A stretch of DNA of 46,529 nucleotides, taken from NCBI GenBank assembly GCA_025360805.1, contig JANYBK010000058.1, forward strand, positions 1-46,529. The letters are read 5' to 3'. The notes under the pieces are model-generated. The model did no database searches and was not told the DNA's origin. It saw nothing but the letters and a program-made list of their open reading frames with translations. Below are positions 28,939 through 39,382 of this stretch, one piece after another. This DNA is from Methanomicrobiales archaeon (GTDB lineage Archaea > Halobacteriota > Methanomicrobia > Methanomicrobiales > Methanospirillaceae). Numbering within the stretch: the first letter of the stretch is position 1; every line of letters starts with the position of its first letter. The translations under genes and the position numbers were made by a program.

Positions 28939-29516
28939 GGCGTCTCTCCCATCAGGGCAAACTTCGCCTTCACCAGCTCGTCGATGTTCTCGACCAGTGT
29001 GTTCTCACTGGCAACAAACGAGAACTTTCCCTGATAAAACCGCTCGCTGCGGAGACGGAAGCCCTCCGGTGCAATCTGGCGGAATGCGTATATCAGGTCT
29101 TTGTTTAAGGACTCGCTGGGATTGCCGATAACAATCGCTTCGATCTCTTTTGCTTCCACAGGAACATTGTAGAGCACTACGGTGAACCGGTCGGGTTGCT
29201 CAACCCGATCCTTGCCAAAGCGCTCCCAGAATATCCTGAGCATCGATGCAAGGTACGTCTCTTCGGTGATGACGAGCGTCATCTTGGCCTCCTGCGGGTT
29301 GACGTTGGCAATATCTCCCACCTTGACAACGGTTGTGATCGGTTTGAGTATACCGACAGCGATAAAGAGCGGCACTTTTGGGTCTATATAGACGTGGAGT
29401 TTCTCGATCACCTTGAGGAGATTATGGTCGAGAAGGACATCGTTTGTGATCTGCTTGTAGTACTCAGCTCCCACCGGCTCAGGGCATTCCACTTCAAAGT
29501 ACTCAACTGCGAGCAT
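28935..29516 (-). CDS. mmp17: Methanogenesis marker protein 17
   Basis: VECPE..GAEYY, EETY, QPDRF, PEGFR and FVASE motifs; lies between markers 15 and 7. Confidence 0.85.
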   Translation of the reverse strand: MLAVEYFEVECPEPVGAEYYKQITNDVLLDHNLLKVIEKLHVYIDPKVPLFIAVGILKPITTVVKVGDIANVNPQEAKMTLVITEETYLASMLRIFWERFGKDRVEQPDRFTVVLYNVPVEAKEIEAIVIGNPSESLNKDLIYAFRQIAPEGFRLRSERFYQGKFSFVASENTLVENIDELVKAKFALMGETP

Positions 29517-30755
29517 CTAATCGTCCTTTATGAATCCTGATGCAAGGAGTGCAGATCCCACGGCACCGATATACTGCGAGTATGGCGGCACGACAATCTT
29601 TGTCTGGAGCAGTTCGCCCATGGCAAATACAAGTCCTTCGATGAGCGACGTGCCTCCGACCATGATCACCGGTTCCTTGATATCGACTTCCTGCAGCTGC
29701 TGCTCATATACCTGCTCAGCGACACTGTGACATGCCGCAGCAGCTACATCTTCCCGTGTGCTGCCGGCAGCAAGGGCATTGACCAGACTCTGTGTCCCAA
29801 AGACGATACAGTAGCTGTTCATCGGCACGCGCCCGCCAAAGCCTTTCATCGATAGAGGGCCGAGCTCAGTGATCTCCACGCCAAGCCGCTTTGCCGTCAT
29901 CTCTAAAAATCTCCCGCTGGCCCCGGCACAGATCCCGCCCATAGTAAAGACCCCGGGGATACCATCCATCACCGAGATCGCTTTGTTATCCATACCCCCG
30001 ATATCGATTACAGTTGCCGGGCCATGCTGGCGGTCCGCGAGATATACCGCTCCTTTCGAGTTGACGGTGAGTTCTTCCTGGATGAGATCCGCTTTGATCT
30101 CTTTTCCTACGAGGAAACGACCGTACCCGGTAGTCCCGACAGCCTGTATCTCGTTGCGGGTGACCCCGGCTTCAGCAAGGGCGTGGGCGATCACTTCATT
30201 GGCACTTTTTATGACCTCGGTCGTGGGCTGCCAGCCTGTACCTATGATCTTATTGTCCCGCATCACGATCGCTTTTGTAGTAGCAGACCCGGAGTCAAGA
30301 CCAAGAGTGAGACCTTTCTGGGTTTCCCGGGCGAGCAGGGCACGGCGCCTTGCAATGGTGGTGAGCGCCTCCATCCTTGTGAGGAGTGTGCCGGATGTTG
30401 TGCGTTCAGTAAACGAGTAACTGACTACCGGCAGTCGTGAATGCTCGTTGATGTAGCGCCGGAGTTCGTTCCGGACAATCGCCGCTTCAGCGCACCGGAA
30501 ACAGGTGGCAATGAAGACTGCATCGGCTTCCACCCGCCCTTCCACAAGGGCCATGGCCCGGGCAATCGCAAGTTTTAAGTCCGGGCTTTTTACATCCAGC
30601 CCAAATTTTGCGAAATCCCGTCTAATGTCTTTAAGGGCAACATCCGGGTAAAAGATCTCACCGCCGACTTCCCGTGCTGCCTCGTCAATCTCGTGCTGGA
30701 TACCCGAATACTCCGGCCCGCAGGAGAGCTGCGCAATCCGTACCGGTTGCGTCAT
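29517..30755 (-). CDS. mmp15: Methanogenesis marker protein 15 (ASKHA/CoA-substrate activase-like ATPase)
   Basis: [48 protein letters not shown] and SYCIVFG motifs. Confidence 0.92.
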   Translation of the reverse strand: MTQPVRIAQLSCGPEYSGIQHEIDEAAREVGGEIFYPDVALKDIRRDFAKFGLDVKSPDLKLAIARAMALVEGRVEADAVFIATCFRCAEAAIVRNELRRYINEHSRLPVVSYSFTERTTSGTLLTRMEALTTIARRRALLARETQKGLTLGLDSGSATTKAIVMRDNKIIGTGWQPTTEVIKSANEVIAHALAEAGVTRNEIQAVGTTGYGRFLVGKEIKADLIQEELTVNSKGAVYLADRQHGPATVIDIGGMDNKAISVMDGIPGVFTMGGICAGASGRFLEMTAKRLGVEITELGPLSMKGFGGRVPMNSYCIVFGTQSLVNALAAGSTREDVAAAACHSVAEQVYEQQLQEVDIKEPVIMVGGTSLIEGLVFAMGELLQTKIVVPPYSQYIGAVGSALLASGFIKDD

Positions 30756-31198
30756 TTCGCTACCCCAAGTTCTGTTAAGAACCTCTTGATCGCAGCCACA
30801 AACTTCACACCTTCATCCTCATTCTTCGGGTAGTTCAGTTCGAGCCGTGGGATCGTTTTCTGGTGTACGAGGAACTTGATTAGCTCGTTGGTGCGTGCAC
30901 ATCCCATGCACCCGAATGCGAGGTCGGCATCGTTGATAATAATCGCCGCTTCGCACGCCTCGATCATTGGCCCGTAGAGGGACATCCGTCCCCGTACCCC
31001 GGCGGGCACTTCGACGGCAGCCCACTTCAACCCCTTCTTTGGCTCTTCGGGTGTGATCTGGAGCGGAGGGGATTCGAGTCCTGCGGTCTGGATGCGTTCG
31101 CGGATCGCGGTTGCAGACGATAGGGGCGTGTGCCCGAATCGTGCCACCATGTCAGAGAGGATCAGGCTCGTTGCCGGGTAGATGAATACTTTTACCAT
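30752..31198 (-). CDS. mmp5: Methanogenesis marker protein 5
   Basis: [28 protein letters not shown] and [12 protein letters not shown] motifs. The start is set at ATG 31198. Confidence 0.9.
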   Translation of the reverse strand: MVKVFIYPATSLILSDMVARFGHTPLSSATAIRERIQTAGLESPPLQITPEEPKKGLKWAAVEVPAGVRGRMSLYGPMIEACEAAIIINDADLAFGCMGCARTNELIKFLVHQKTIPRLELNYPKNEDEGVKFVAAIKRFLTELGVAK

Positions 31199-31199
31199 T

Positions 31200-31658
31200 T
31201 CAGGACTCCTGTGCATCGATCATTTTTTTGAGTTTATAGATATCGAGTAACGGGTGCTCCAGCGGATCTTCCATGGGAGGAACAGTCTTTTCATCGATAT
31301 TTTTGAGCGCTTCAAGCCCGTGCGAAACGTACGGGATGATCGACATCTCGAACTCCAGACCATTATACCCGGGCCGGGCCCCGCCGAGATTAGCGCGGCA
31401 GCGTCGGGCATCTCCAGGTGGAAAACCCCGATCCTTTACAAAGATGTGGTCGGGATCGATCTTCCGCAGTTCGGCAACAATACGATCTACTTCCCCCTCT
31501 TTCCCGCTGATGACCAGACCAAAACAGGTCTCTTTGATCATCACCCCTTTTGAGATCTCGTAGCCACGGAGCGCAAGGTCTGCCGGTGTAATATCAAACG
31601 ACTCCACCATCACGTATTTCGTTACGCTGCCTACATGGGTGGGCGTATATGCAGTCAT
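31200..31658 (-). CDS. mmp6: Methanogenesis marker protein 6
   Basis: IKETCFG and IFVKDRGFPPGD.RRCRA..GG.RPG motifs. Confidence 0.9.
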   Translation of the reverse strand: MTAYTPTHVGSVTKYVMVESFDITPADLALRGYEISKGVMIKETCFGLVISGKEGEVDRIVAELRKIDPDHIFVKDRGFPPGDARRCRANLGGARPGYNGLEFEMSIIPYVSHGLEALKNIDEKTVPPMEDPLEHPLLDIYKLKKMIDAQES

Positions 31659-33196
31659 TGCTTCACCTCACGGATATACACGGTCTCTTTCTCCCGCACT
31701 TTTTTGAGTTTTTCTGTATCGATAATGCGCCCGATGATATTGGTTCCCTCAAATGGTTCGGAGGTCGGGCCGAACTCCTTGTTAGCAGAAAGACGTACCC
31801 CTACAAGACCGGTACCGTTTCGGGAATCGTTGGTGATGGCGAGAGCAGCTGCTGGTGCCTCGTCCTTTGGCGTATTTTCCGGGATGAGTTTTAAGCCCGG
31901 GGGAATGGTGGGCTTGAAGAGGACTACATCATCGAACTTGAAAAAGACCGGCATCATGCCGGCATCGTGCTGGATGAGCCCGGTGACCCGGCGGAAGACA
32001 TCGCAGCTGAGTGGTGCGGCCACATCATCGAGCGTGATATCGATCACCTTCTCAAGCGGAGCTGTAGTCACTTTTACTGATCTTTCAGCGAGCACATCAA
32101 GGGTAGTGCCCGGTTCCTGTGACACAATTATTCGCCCGGCATCCTGTTTGTCTGGGAGAAAAGTCACACCTCGGGAAGCGCAGATCTCCTGTGCTTTTAC
32201 CAACGGAAGTCCCAGCAGATCGATGCGTACCGGTTCCACGCTTACAGAAAAGACATCGTGTTCCCTGGCCAGTTTTACCAGTTCGATCCCCTGCACAACC
32301 TGACCAACTACGCTATGTACAAGGCTTGCATGCACATCTGCCCGGTAGATGTAGACCCCGCCCGCGGTCTTTCCAGCCGCCCGCACAGTAACCGTCCCCT
32401 CGCGACGGGGACGTCGGAACTCCTTCTCCACATCCTCAGTTCCTGCCATCCGCTGGTCGAGAATATGGGTGCTAGTGGCCCGCCCTACAATATACTTTCC
32501 TGAGTGGAGTGCGAGAAGCATATGCTCCACGCTGCCGGCAGCTTCGGTGGTAATCTTATCGGGAGTATATCCCTGTGCCATGATTTTCACGCGGGTGACT
32601 ACCTGCATCCCGTCTTCCAGCACGAGGCTCATATCAGTGGTGGTGAACGAGCGGCTTGTGTCCGCCCAGCTGATGACCGGCTCGATTTTAGTGATCCGGT
32701 CTCCGGTGGAAAAACGGTCGAGCACCGCTCTGCCGCTCACGATCGTTCCCACGATTCCGCCACTCTCATCGGCGCCGTGGTCTGCGGAATGCCGGACCCG
32801 GGAGAAGAGGAGATAGGATCGTGCAGGTTCATACCCCCCACACCCGAGGATCACATCCCCGCGATCGTAGAGATGGGGTTTCCGGTCCGGTCTAATGCCG
32901 GAAGGAAAGGGGCCAAAAGCGGTGGCGTACCGGTCTGTCCAGTGAAGTTTGAGTTGATCTGTGATACCGGGAGATTCCAAAAAAGCCGCAGCCATTCCCT
33001 GCACTTCAATGGTGACAATGCCTGCTGTAGTGGTGATCGCAAGGCTGCTTGTCTTTGCCTGCTCCTTTAAGGCCGGGCGAATGATCGCGACACAACAGTC
33101 TTTATCATGGCCGGAAAGGATCGATGCAAGTGTGCTGCCCTCACCAGTCTCTAATCTCTCTCCATCGAGGTGGATGGTGTGCATTGCTCGCCTCAC
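31655..33196 (-). CDS. mmp3: Methanogenesis marker protein 3 (cyclophilin-like domains)
   Basis: AFGPF, G.VTVR..G...G.VYIYR, HSVVGQV, PENTP and GVRL....EFGPTSEPF.GTNIIG motifs; follows atwA with a GTGA overlap. Confidence 0.9.
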   Translation of the reverse strand: MRRAMHTIHLDGERLETGEGSTLASILSGHDKDCCVAIIRPALKEQAKTSSLAITTTAGIVTIEVQGMAAAFLESPGITDQLKLHWTDRYATAFGPFPSGIRPDRKPHLYDRGDVILGCGGYEPARSYLLFSRVRHSADHGADESGGIVGTIVSGRAVLDRFSTGDRITKIEPVISWADTSRSFTTTDMSLVLEDGMQVVTRVKIMAQGYTPDKITTEAAGSVEHMLLALHSGKYIVGRATSTHILDQRMAGTEDVEKEFRRPRREGTVTVRAAGKTAGGVYIYRADVHASLVHSVVGQVVQGIELVKLAREHDVFSVSVEPVRIDLLGLPLVKAQEICASRGVTFLPDKQDAGRIIVSQEPGTTLDVLAERSVKVTTAPLEKVIDITLDDVAAPLSCDVFRRVTGLIQHDAGMMPVFFKFDDVVLFKPTIPPGLKLIPENTPKDEAPAAALAITNDSRNGTGLVGVRLSANKEFGPTSEPFEGTNIIGRIIDTEKLKKVREKETVYIREVKQ

Positions 33197-34806
33197 GCGG
33201 CTGGCTGGGTCATGACCTTGCGCTCCTCTTCGGTCAGGATCGCAAGCACATCAGCAGTCTTTCCGATCTGCACAATCTTACCGCCTCGCATCAGTGCGAG
33301 CCGGTCGCAGATATCCCGCACGAACTCCATGTCATGGGAGACCACAATAAAAGTCTCGTCCATCTCTTCGCGGGCATGGAGGATCGAGTGCTTCACATCG
33401 ATCTTGGTGATTGGGTCCATAGTGCCCGTAGGCTCATCGAGGATAACAATACGCGGCTCACGAATCAGCACCTGTGCGAGTGCCACGCGATGCCGTTCAC
33501 CCTCTGAAAGCTGAGCGGGCATCCGGTCAAGGATCTCCTTACTCTTTGCATCAGTGAACCCGGCCATCCTCAGCGTGACTAACGCCTTTCGCATGGCCAG
33601 TTCTTTTGGGAATTCCAGACCGATGGCATCGGTAAGGTTGTCAAGAACGGTCCGGTGCGGGAAGAGATCGTACTCCTGGTGCAGGAGACCGATGTAGGGA
33701 GTAGCCCGTCCCCGCTGGTCGATCCCCGGCTTTGTCATGTCAATCCACTCTTCACCAATCCGGATGTTTATCTCCCCGCTGGTTGGTTCGATAAGGCCGG
33801 CGATAATGCCTGAAAGTGTGGTCTTTCCTGCACCGCTCTTACCAATAATCCCGAAGATCTCTTTGGTTGAGACATCAAAAGTGACGCCGTTGACTGCCTT
33901 GACCACTCCACGGTCAACCGAGATATAGCGCTTTACGAGATCCCGGGCAACCATGACATGTTCGCCCATCTCAGCTGCTTCGAACACCTCGGTATCGTCA
34001 CACCCTTTCATGAACTCGGCGATGACTTCTTTGGGTGAGCCGAGTTTTGCAATGCTGCCATCTATGAGAAGGATTGCGCGGTTGGCAACATCCTCAATCA
34101 CCTGCGAGAAGTGGGACGTAACGATGATCCCCATATTGTTTGTCTTTGCCGCTTCAATGAGCATCGCATGGACAATCTTTGCCGTACCTGGATCGAGCGT
34201 ACCGGTTGGTTCATCGGCAAAGAGTAAGAACGGCTCTTTTGCCAGCTGGCGTGCAAGCACCACTCGCTGCTTCTCACCCCCGGAAAGGTCTCTGGCGATA
34301 TGCATCATCCTGTGAGAAAGTCTTACCTGATCAATTAGATCGGCTGCACGGTTGATTGCATTCTCCTGTGGGTAATTGATGTCGTCCAGTGCATGAAGGA
34401 CATTTTCGATCACACGGTCGTCGCCATAAAGGGCGAATGTGCGCTGGAACATGATTGCAGTTCTGCGCATCAGCCTGCGCCGCAGTTCCTCGTCTTTTTC
34501 GTTCCAGAGATCCACATTCAGCGCCGTGAGCTTCGCGCCACAGCGGGAACATGGTTTGCCCACTGCGCTCCCCACATCCATATAGTCGCAGGTGCCGCAG
34601 GCCGCCACATGATAGACAATAGAACCGCTCGTGGGGGGTTGTTCCACGCCGCGCATCAGGTGCATCAGCACGGTCTTACCGGCCCCGCTCCTGCCAATAA
34701 TCCCGAGGATCTCCCCTTCTGCGATCTCAAAAGAAATATTCTTGAGTACCCTCTGGCCATCGAAATCCATGCAGAGGTTGTCGACCGTGATCAATGGAGC
34801 CTTCAT
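33193..34806 (-). CDS. atwA: Methyl-coenzyme M reductase system component A2 (dual ABC ATPase)
   Basis: Two ABC cassettes (GRSGAGKT/LSGGEKQ/DEPT and GKSGAGKT/LSEGERH/DEPT), a CxxC...CxxC zinc insert and no TM segments; heads the marker operon. Confidence 0.95.
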   Translation of the reverse strand: MKAPLITVDNLCMDFDGQRVLKNISFEIAEGEILGIIGRSGAGKTVLMHLMRGVEQPPTSGSIVYHVAACGTCDYMDVGSAVGKPCSRCGAKLTALNVDLWNEKDEELRRRLMRRTAIMFQRTFALYGDDRVIENVLHALDDINYPQENAINRAADLIDQVRLSHRMMHIARDLSGGEKQRVVLARQLAKEPFLLFADEPTGTLDPGTAKIVHAMLIEAAKTNNMGIIVTSHFSQVIEDVANRAILLIDGSIAKLGSPKEVIAEFMKGCDDTEVFEAAEMGEHVMVARDLVKRYISVDRGVVKAVNGVTFDVSTKEIFGIIGKSGAGKTTLSGIIAGLIEPTSGEINIRIGEEWIDMTKPGIDQRGRATPYIGLLHQEYDLFPHRTVLDNLTDAIGLEFPKELAMRKALVTLRMAGFTDAKSKEILDRMPAQLSEGERHRVALAQVLIREPRIVILDEPTGTMDPITKIDVKHSILHAREEMDETFIVVSHDMEFVRDICDRLALMRGGKIVQIGKTADVLAILTEEERKVMTQPAA

Positions 34807-34881
34807 AATTCCCTTATACCTAATGTGGTACTGGACTCATATTACCTTTTATATCCTGCACGTTACCGTCACGATCGCTAA

Positions 34882-35709
34882 TTACCCCGAACGCTTCTGG
34901 GATGTGAGCAGATCCTGAACGATGGGGAGTACAGCTCCGACATCTTTCACCACAAAGTCTGCGGCAGCATAGAGTTCCTCAGGCCGATCGCCTGCCTGCT
35001 GGATGGTGAGAATCGCGATATCGGCATTTCGCATGGCACAGAGATCATTGATACCGTCGCCTACCATAAGCACTTTGTCATATTCCTGCTTCAGGTCACT
35101 GACGATCTGCGCTTTTACAGTAGGTGTAGCAACCCCGTAGACCCGGTCCCTTGGAATGCCGAGATGGTCTGCCATCTTCTCTAATTTTGTTACCCGGTCC
35201 CCAGAGGCAATGAACGTTGGTACACCCATCCTGTGCAGGCAGGTGATCGTCTCTTTTGCTCCGTCAAACGGCCAGCCTCCTGCCGTGATGGTAAACTCAA
35301 CTGCCCCTAATGCCATATTGATGATCGCCCCGCTGTTCATTGTGACTACCGATTCTGCTTTACAGACCGTCCAGACATTGCGGATGCACTCCTGCAGATC
35401 GCCCACAAGCGCTGTCTTATCAGCGTATAGGACATCTCCGATCTCTTCTGCGGTTGTGATTCTGCGCGTGCAGCTCACACCAAAGCTCATGTTGTGCTCG
35501 ATGAGATAATCGGAGAGGAGGGTATCAGAAGGTGTGTCGATCATCATCTTGGATTTCACGGGCAGCACGACAAGGACGCGATCCGGAGAACTGAAGGTGA
35601 GCGTTGTGGTCTCGATACCCGGCAGCAGTTTTTTGTTGCAGATATCTTTTGCCACACGGTATGTGTTAAGAAGCGTTCCTGCACTGTCAAAGACTACGGC
35701 AACCGACAT
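34882..35709 (-). CDS. HAD-superfamily hydrolase resembling the soluble catalytic domain of P-type ATPases
   Basis: VVFDSAGTL (motif I), ASGD and MVGDGINDL.A...AD motifs; no TM helices. Confidence 0.82.
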   Translation of the reverse strand: MSVAVVFDSAGTLLNTYRVAKDICNKKLLPGIETTTLTFSSPDRVLVVLPVKSKMMIDTPSDTLLSDYLIEHNMSFGVSCTRRITTAEEIGDVLYADKTALVGDLQECIRNVWTVCKAESVVTMNSGAIINMALGAVEFTITAGGWPFDGAKETITCLHRMGVPTFIASGDRVTKLEKMADHLGIPRDRVYGVATPTVKAQIVSDLKQEYDKVLMVGDGINDLCAMRNADIAILTIQQAGDRPEELYAAADFVVKDVGAVLPIVQDLLTSQKRSG

Positions 35710-35769
35710 GAGACACCCGGTAATAAACCTATATGTACTTCAGAATCTCCATTGAATCAATGAAGCTTA

Positions 35770-36732
35770 ATGTTTCCTATTGAAACTGCAGAGAAGATAA
35801 AGAGCATGGAAATCCGGGGTGCGGGCAGGATTGCGCGTGCAGCAGCTGAAGCCCTCCGTGCCCAGGCTCTTTGCTCAAAGGCATCGTTCCCATTAGCATT
35901 TGTTGATGAGATGGAACGGGCAGCTGAATTGCTGGTATCGACACGTCCTACGGCAGTCTCGTTACCGAATGCCGTTCATATGGTTATGGCTGGCATTGGC
36001 CGGGCAAAAACTGTTGAAGAAGCGCGGGCAGGAGTTGTAGAGCGGGCGGATGAGTTCATCCAGTCCTCGCAGCATGCGGTAGAAAAGATCGCAGAGTTCG
36101 GTGCCCGGCATATCCGTGATGGCGATACGATTCTTACGCACTGTAACTCCGAAGTGGCACTTGGATGCATTATCGAAGCGCACAGGAGCGGAAAAGAGAT
36201 TGAGGTCTTTGCCACAGAAGTGCGCCCGAGAAACCAGGGACTCATAACTATCCGGACGCTCAACGATGCTGGCATAAAGACAAATTACATAGTGGATTCT
36301 GCGGTGCGATCGTTCATCAACGACATTGATCTCGTCATTGTCGGTGCAGATGCAGTCACTGTGAATGGTGCGGTTGTGAACAAGATCGGCACTTCGCAGG
36401 TTGCCCACTCTGCGCATGAAGCGAGGGTGAATGTGCTTGTGGCTGCTGAGACCTACAAGTTTGCCCCCCGTACGATCATCGGCGAACAGATCCAGATCGA
36501 AGAGCGGGCAGCAGGAGAGGTACTGCCGGATGAGATTGCCCGGACCCTGCCCCATGTGACCGTCCGGAACCCGGCGTTTGATGTCACTCCTGCGGAATAT
36601 ATCGATATGATTGTGACCGAGCAGGGTGCAATCCCACCGCAGATGGCGTACGTGATCATCAAAGAGTATCTCGGCTGGGATATCGGCGAATTCCATAAAG
36701 CCTTTGAGATTAATACCGGTCATATCGAGTAA
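35770..36732 (+). CDS. Ribose 1,5-bisphosphate isomerase (eIF2B-like family)
   Basis: MEIRGAGRIA, TRPTAVSLPNA, LTHCNS, EVRPRNQG, VGADA..NKIGT and NPAFDVTP motifs. Confidence 0.9.
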   Translation: MFPIETAEKIKSMEIRGAGRIARAAAEALRAQALCSKASFPLAFVDEMERAAELLVSTRPTAVSLPNAVHMVMAGIGRAKTVEEARAGVVERADEFIQSSQHAVEKIAEFGARHIRDGDTILTHCNSEVALGCIIEAHRSGKEIEVFATEVRPRNQGLITIRTLNDAGIKTNYIVDSAVRSFINDIDLVIVGADAVTVNGAVVNKIGTSQVAHSAHEARVNVLVAAETYKFAPRTIIGEQIQIEERAAGEVLPDEIARTLPHVTVRNPAFDVTPAEYIDMIVTEQGAIPPQMAYVIIKEYLGWDIGEFHKAFEINTGHIE

Positions 36733-36772
36733 AAGCGATTGCTGAAGCTATAAAGGAGGGAAACGAGGAATC

Positions 36773-37591
36773 ATGGAGATACCATTTACAAAATTACAGG
36801 GAAATGGCAATGATTTTGTACTGATCGATGAATACGAAAAGACGATCATTCCTAACGATATGAAGGCCCGGTTTGCTGCAACCTACTGTGACCGCAGGTT
36901 CGGAATCGGGGCCGACGGAGTCCTGTTCCTGGTGAAATCGGAAACCGGAAACCTCCGGATGCGGATTCTCCAGCCCGATGAGAGCGAAGCGGAGATGTGT
37001 GGTAACGGTATCCGTTGCCTGGCAAAATATGCCTTTGATGCCGGCTATGTAAAAAACTCCTGCACGATCGATACGCTTGCCGGGCCCGTTGGTGTGGAGA
37101 TGGCTTACCGTGACGATAGTTTTGTTGCCACCATCAGCATGCCAACCCCGAAATTTAACCGGCTCGAAATTCCTGCACAGGGAGAAGGGGAATACAAGGA
37201 ACATATCGGCGTTTTTGATGTTTATGCAGCCAACACCGGTGTCCCGCATGCGGTGGTGCTGGTAGATGATATAGAGAGCGTGAACGTAGAAGCGCTTGCG
37301 CCTCCGATCCGCTTCCATGAATCGTTTGTCAACGGGGCGAACGTGAACTTCGTCCAGAAGACGGGGAAAGACAGTATAAAGATCCGAACGTTCGAGCGCG
37401 GTGTTGAAGGAGAGACGCTCTCCTGTGGCACCGGGGCAACGGCAGCAGCAGCAGTCATTCACCACCTTGGCCTGATGGGAGAAACGGTCAAAGTCGAGAC
37501 CATGGGTGGACCGTTGGTGATTTACTTAAAAGACGGCGCAAAGATGGAAGGGCCGGCAGAGACTGTTTTTACAGGGAAAATCTCTTATTAA
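36773..37591 (+). CDS. dapF: Diaminopimelate epimerase
   Basis: GNGNDF, GIGADG, EMCGNG, GVPH and ERGV.GETLSCGTG motifs (both catalytic Cys present). Confidence 0.95.
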   Translation: MEIPFTKLQGNGNDFVLIDEYEKTIIPNDMKARFAATYCDRRFGIGADGVLFLVKSETGNLRMRILQPDESEAEMCGNGIRCLAKYAFDAGYVKNSCTIDTLAGPVGVEMAYRDDSFVATISMPTPKFNRLEIPAQGEGEYKEHIGVFDVYAANTGVPHAVVLVDDIESVNVEALAPPIRFHESFVNGANVNFVQKTGKDSIKIRTFERGVEGETLSCGTGATAAAAVIHHLGLMGETVKVETMGGPLVIYLKDGAKMEGPAETVFTGKISY

Positions 37592-37628
37592 TTTTTCCCG
37601 TCATTAATAAGAAAAACCTGTGTGGTCA

Positions 37629-39311
37629 CTACGGCCTGTCGGAAATTTCCCGGAACACAATCTGGACTGCCGGGATCCCCTTGTCGATAAATCGTGTAGC
37701 CATGACCTCCACATGCAGGATTTTTCCGTCAGGACGGATGAATTTTTCCCTGACACGGGGGAGAGTTTCCGTATTCTCGAGCAAGGCAATCCGTTCTTCA
37801 ACGATCTTCTTTGAATCCGGGTGGATGAAATCATAAATGGACCGCCCGATAAGGTCTGCTGGAGATTGTGCACCCGCGAGGGTCAGGGCGACTTCATTTG
37901 CTACAGCGATCTTTCCCTCTTTATGGATAACGACTGCATCAAATGACTGCCCGATAAGACGCCGGTACCGTTCTTCGCTGGTGCGCAGCGCATCTTCTTT
38001 TGCTTTTCGTTCGGTGATGTCCCTTACAAATGCATGGCAGATGCCTTTATTCTCCCGGTTGACAATCTGGACCCTGACTTCAACCGGTATTACAGCACCA
38101 TTCCTGTGAATATTTTCCCGCTCGAAAACGATGCTGGACCACTTAAGAAGCTCTTCAAGATCCCTGTTCACCGGAAGGATCCATCCGCAGTCGATCTTTG
38201 AGAGGTTGGCTCCGATAAGCTCGTCTCTTTCGTATCCAACCATCCTGCAGGCGTTTTCGTTCACATCAATAATGGTACCCTCAAAATCGTGGATATAAAT
38301 TGCATCAATCGTATTCTCAACGATAGCCCGGTATTTTTGCTCGCTCTCTCTGACGGCAATTTCAGCCCGTTTGCGCGCGGTGATATCCCTTATTGCCACC
38401 AGTACCGCAGATTTCCCACCAATTAGTGTCTTAACCCCCCTGCCTTCGACCGTCACAGATGTGCCATCGAGCCGGAGCATCTCCAATTCCATAATAGGTG
38501 ACTTCTCCCCGTCAAGATCTTTTCTGATATTTTCACTCACCGTATCACGGGATTTCGGATTGATAAAATCAAGAACCGGTTTTCCTACCATCTCTTCGGG
38601 ATATTGAGCGCCAATGAGTTTTTGGCCAGCCGGGTTCACGTAGATAATTTTTCCATCACTGTGAAGGATAACCGCATCCGGAGAGATCTCTACGAGTTTG
38701 CGGTAACGGTCTTCACTCTCCCGCAATGCGCACTCATTTCGCTGGAACTCAGTAATATCTTCCATAAGGACCGAGACGCCTTTGCGCCCATCGGCAAAAA
38801 CGATTGGATAAATATGGCAGGAAAATATCCGCTCACCGTTATTCAGCGTGAGCGTATTGCGCCATTCTTTTCCTGAAACCCCGTTCCTGAGATTTTGGAT
38901 AAAATTTTCCAGTGCATCATCAAAGACGGTTACTGCTGCTGTATATTCGATATTTTTTCCGAACAGTTCTGCTGGAGAGACGCCAAGCATCTTTAAGAAC
39001 GGCTCATTGGCAAAGACGATCCGAAGGTTAGCGTCCAGCTGCATGACCAGATCTGAAGAGATCGAGAGCATTGCAGACTGTGGAATCCGGTTTGATAGGG
39101 CATAGATCTTCGCCATCCCGAAATGGCGCATCTCAACCTGGCCTGAGACCAGCAGGTTTTCAAGGTATCTCCCGGCAGTGTTCCGGTTGATATCGATCTT
39201 TTTTACAATCTCTGTTATGCTTAAGCCCTGCGGGTGCTCTACTAAAAGATCAGTAATCCGGGCGGTGATCTCCCTGTTCAGTACCATTGGTCTGTTATTA
39301 TTCGTGCTCAA
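37629..39311 (-). CDS. wHTH + multi-PAS one-component sensor/regulator
   Basis: N-terminal wHTH (GLSITEI...INRNTAGRYL..L...GQVE) followed by about 4 PAS domains ending in EDITE/RDITA/RDITE/REIS; no kinase domain. Confidence 0.85.
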   Translation of the reverse strand: MSTNNNRPMVLNREITARITDLLVEHPQGLSITEIVKKIDINRNTAGRYLENLLVSGQVEMRHFGMAKIYALSNRIPQSAMLSISSDLVMQLDANLRIVFANEPFLKMLGVSPAELFGKNIEYTAAVTVFDDALENFIQNLRNGVSGKEWRNTLTLNNGERIFSCHIYPIVFADGRKGVSVLMEDITEFQRNECALRESEDRYRKLVEISPDAVILHSDGKIIYVNPAGQKLIGAQYPEEMVGKPVLDFINPKSRDTVSENIRKDLDGEKSPIMELEMLRLDGTSVTVEGRGVKTLIGGKSAVLVAIRDITARKRAEIAVRESEQKYRAIVENTIDAIYIHDFEGTIIDVNENACRMVGYERDELIGANLSKIDCGWILPVNRDLEELLKWSSIVFERENIHRNGAVIPVEVRVQIVNRENKGICHAFVRDITERKAKEDALRTSEERYRRLIGQSFDAVVIHKEGKIAVANEVALTLAGAQSPADLIGRSIYDFIHPDSKKIVEERIALLENTETLPRVREKFIRPDGKILHVEVMATRFIDKGIPAVQIVFREISDRP

Positions 39312-39382
39312 TTGATATAATGATTACAATTTTCCCACGGATCTTTTGTATCCGGAAAAACAAAAAGAACCTGATGCAGTCA

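Noticed and set aside
28000-34806. Methanogenesis marker operon as a novel system
   Set aside because: It is a known conserved cluster (A2 plus markers 3, 6, 5, 15, 17, 7); only the appended CMD gene is flagged.
35962-36723. 253-aa antisense ORF over the R15P isomerase
   Set aside because: It lies wholly on the opposite strand of a well-supported gene and has no motifs; a typical shadow ORF.
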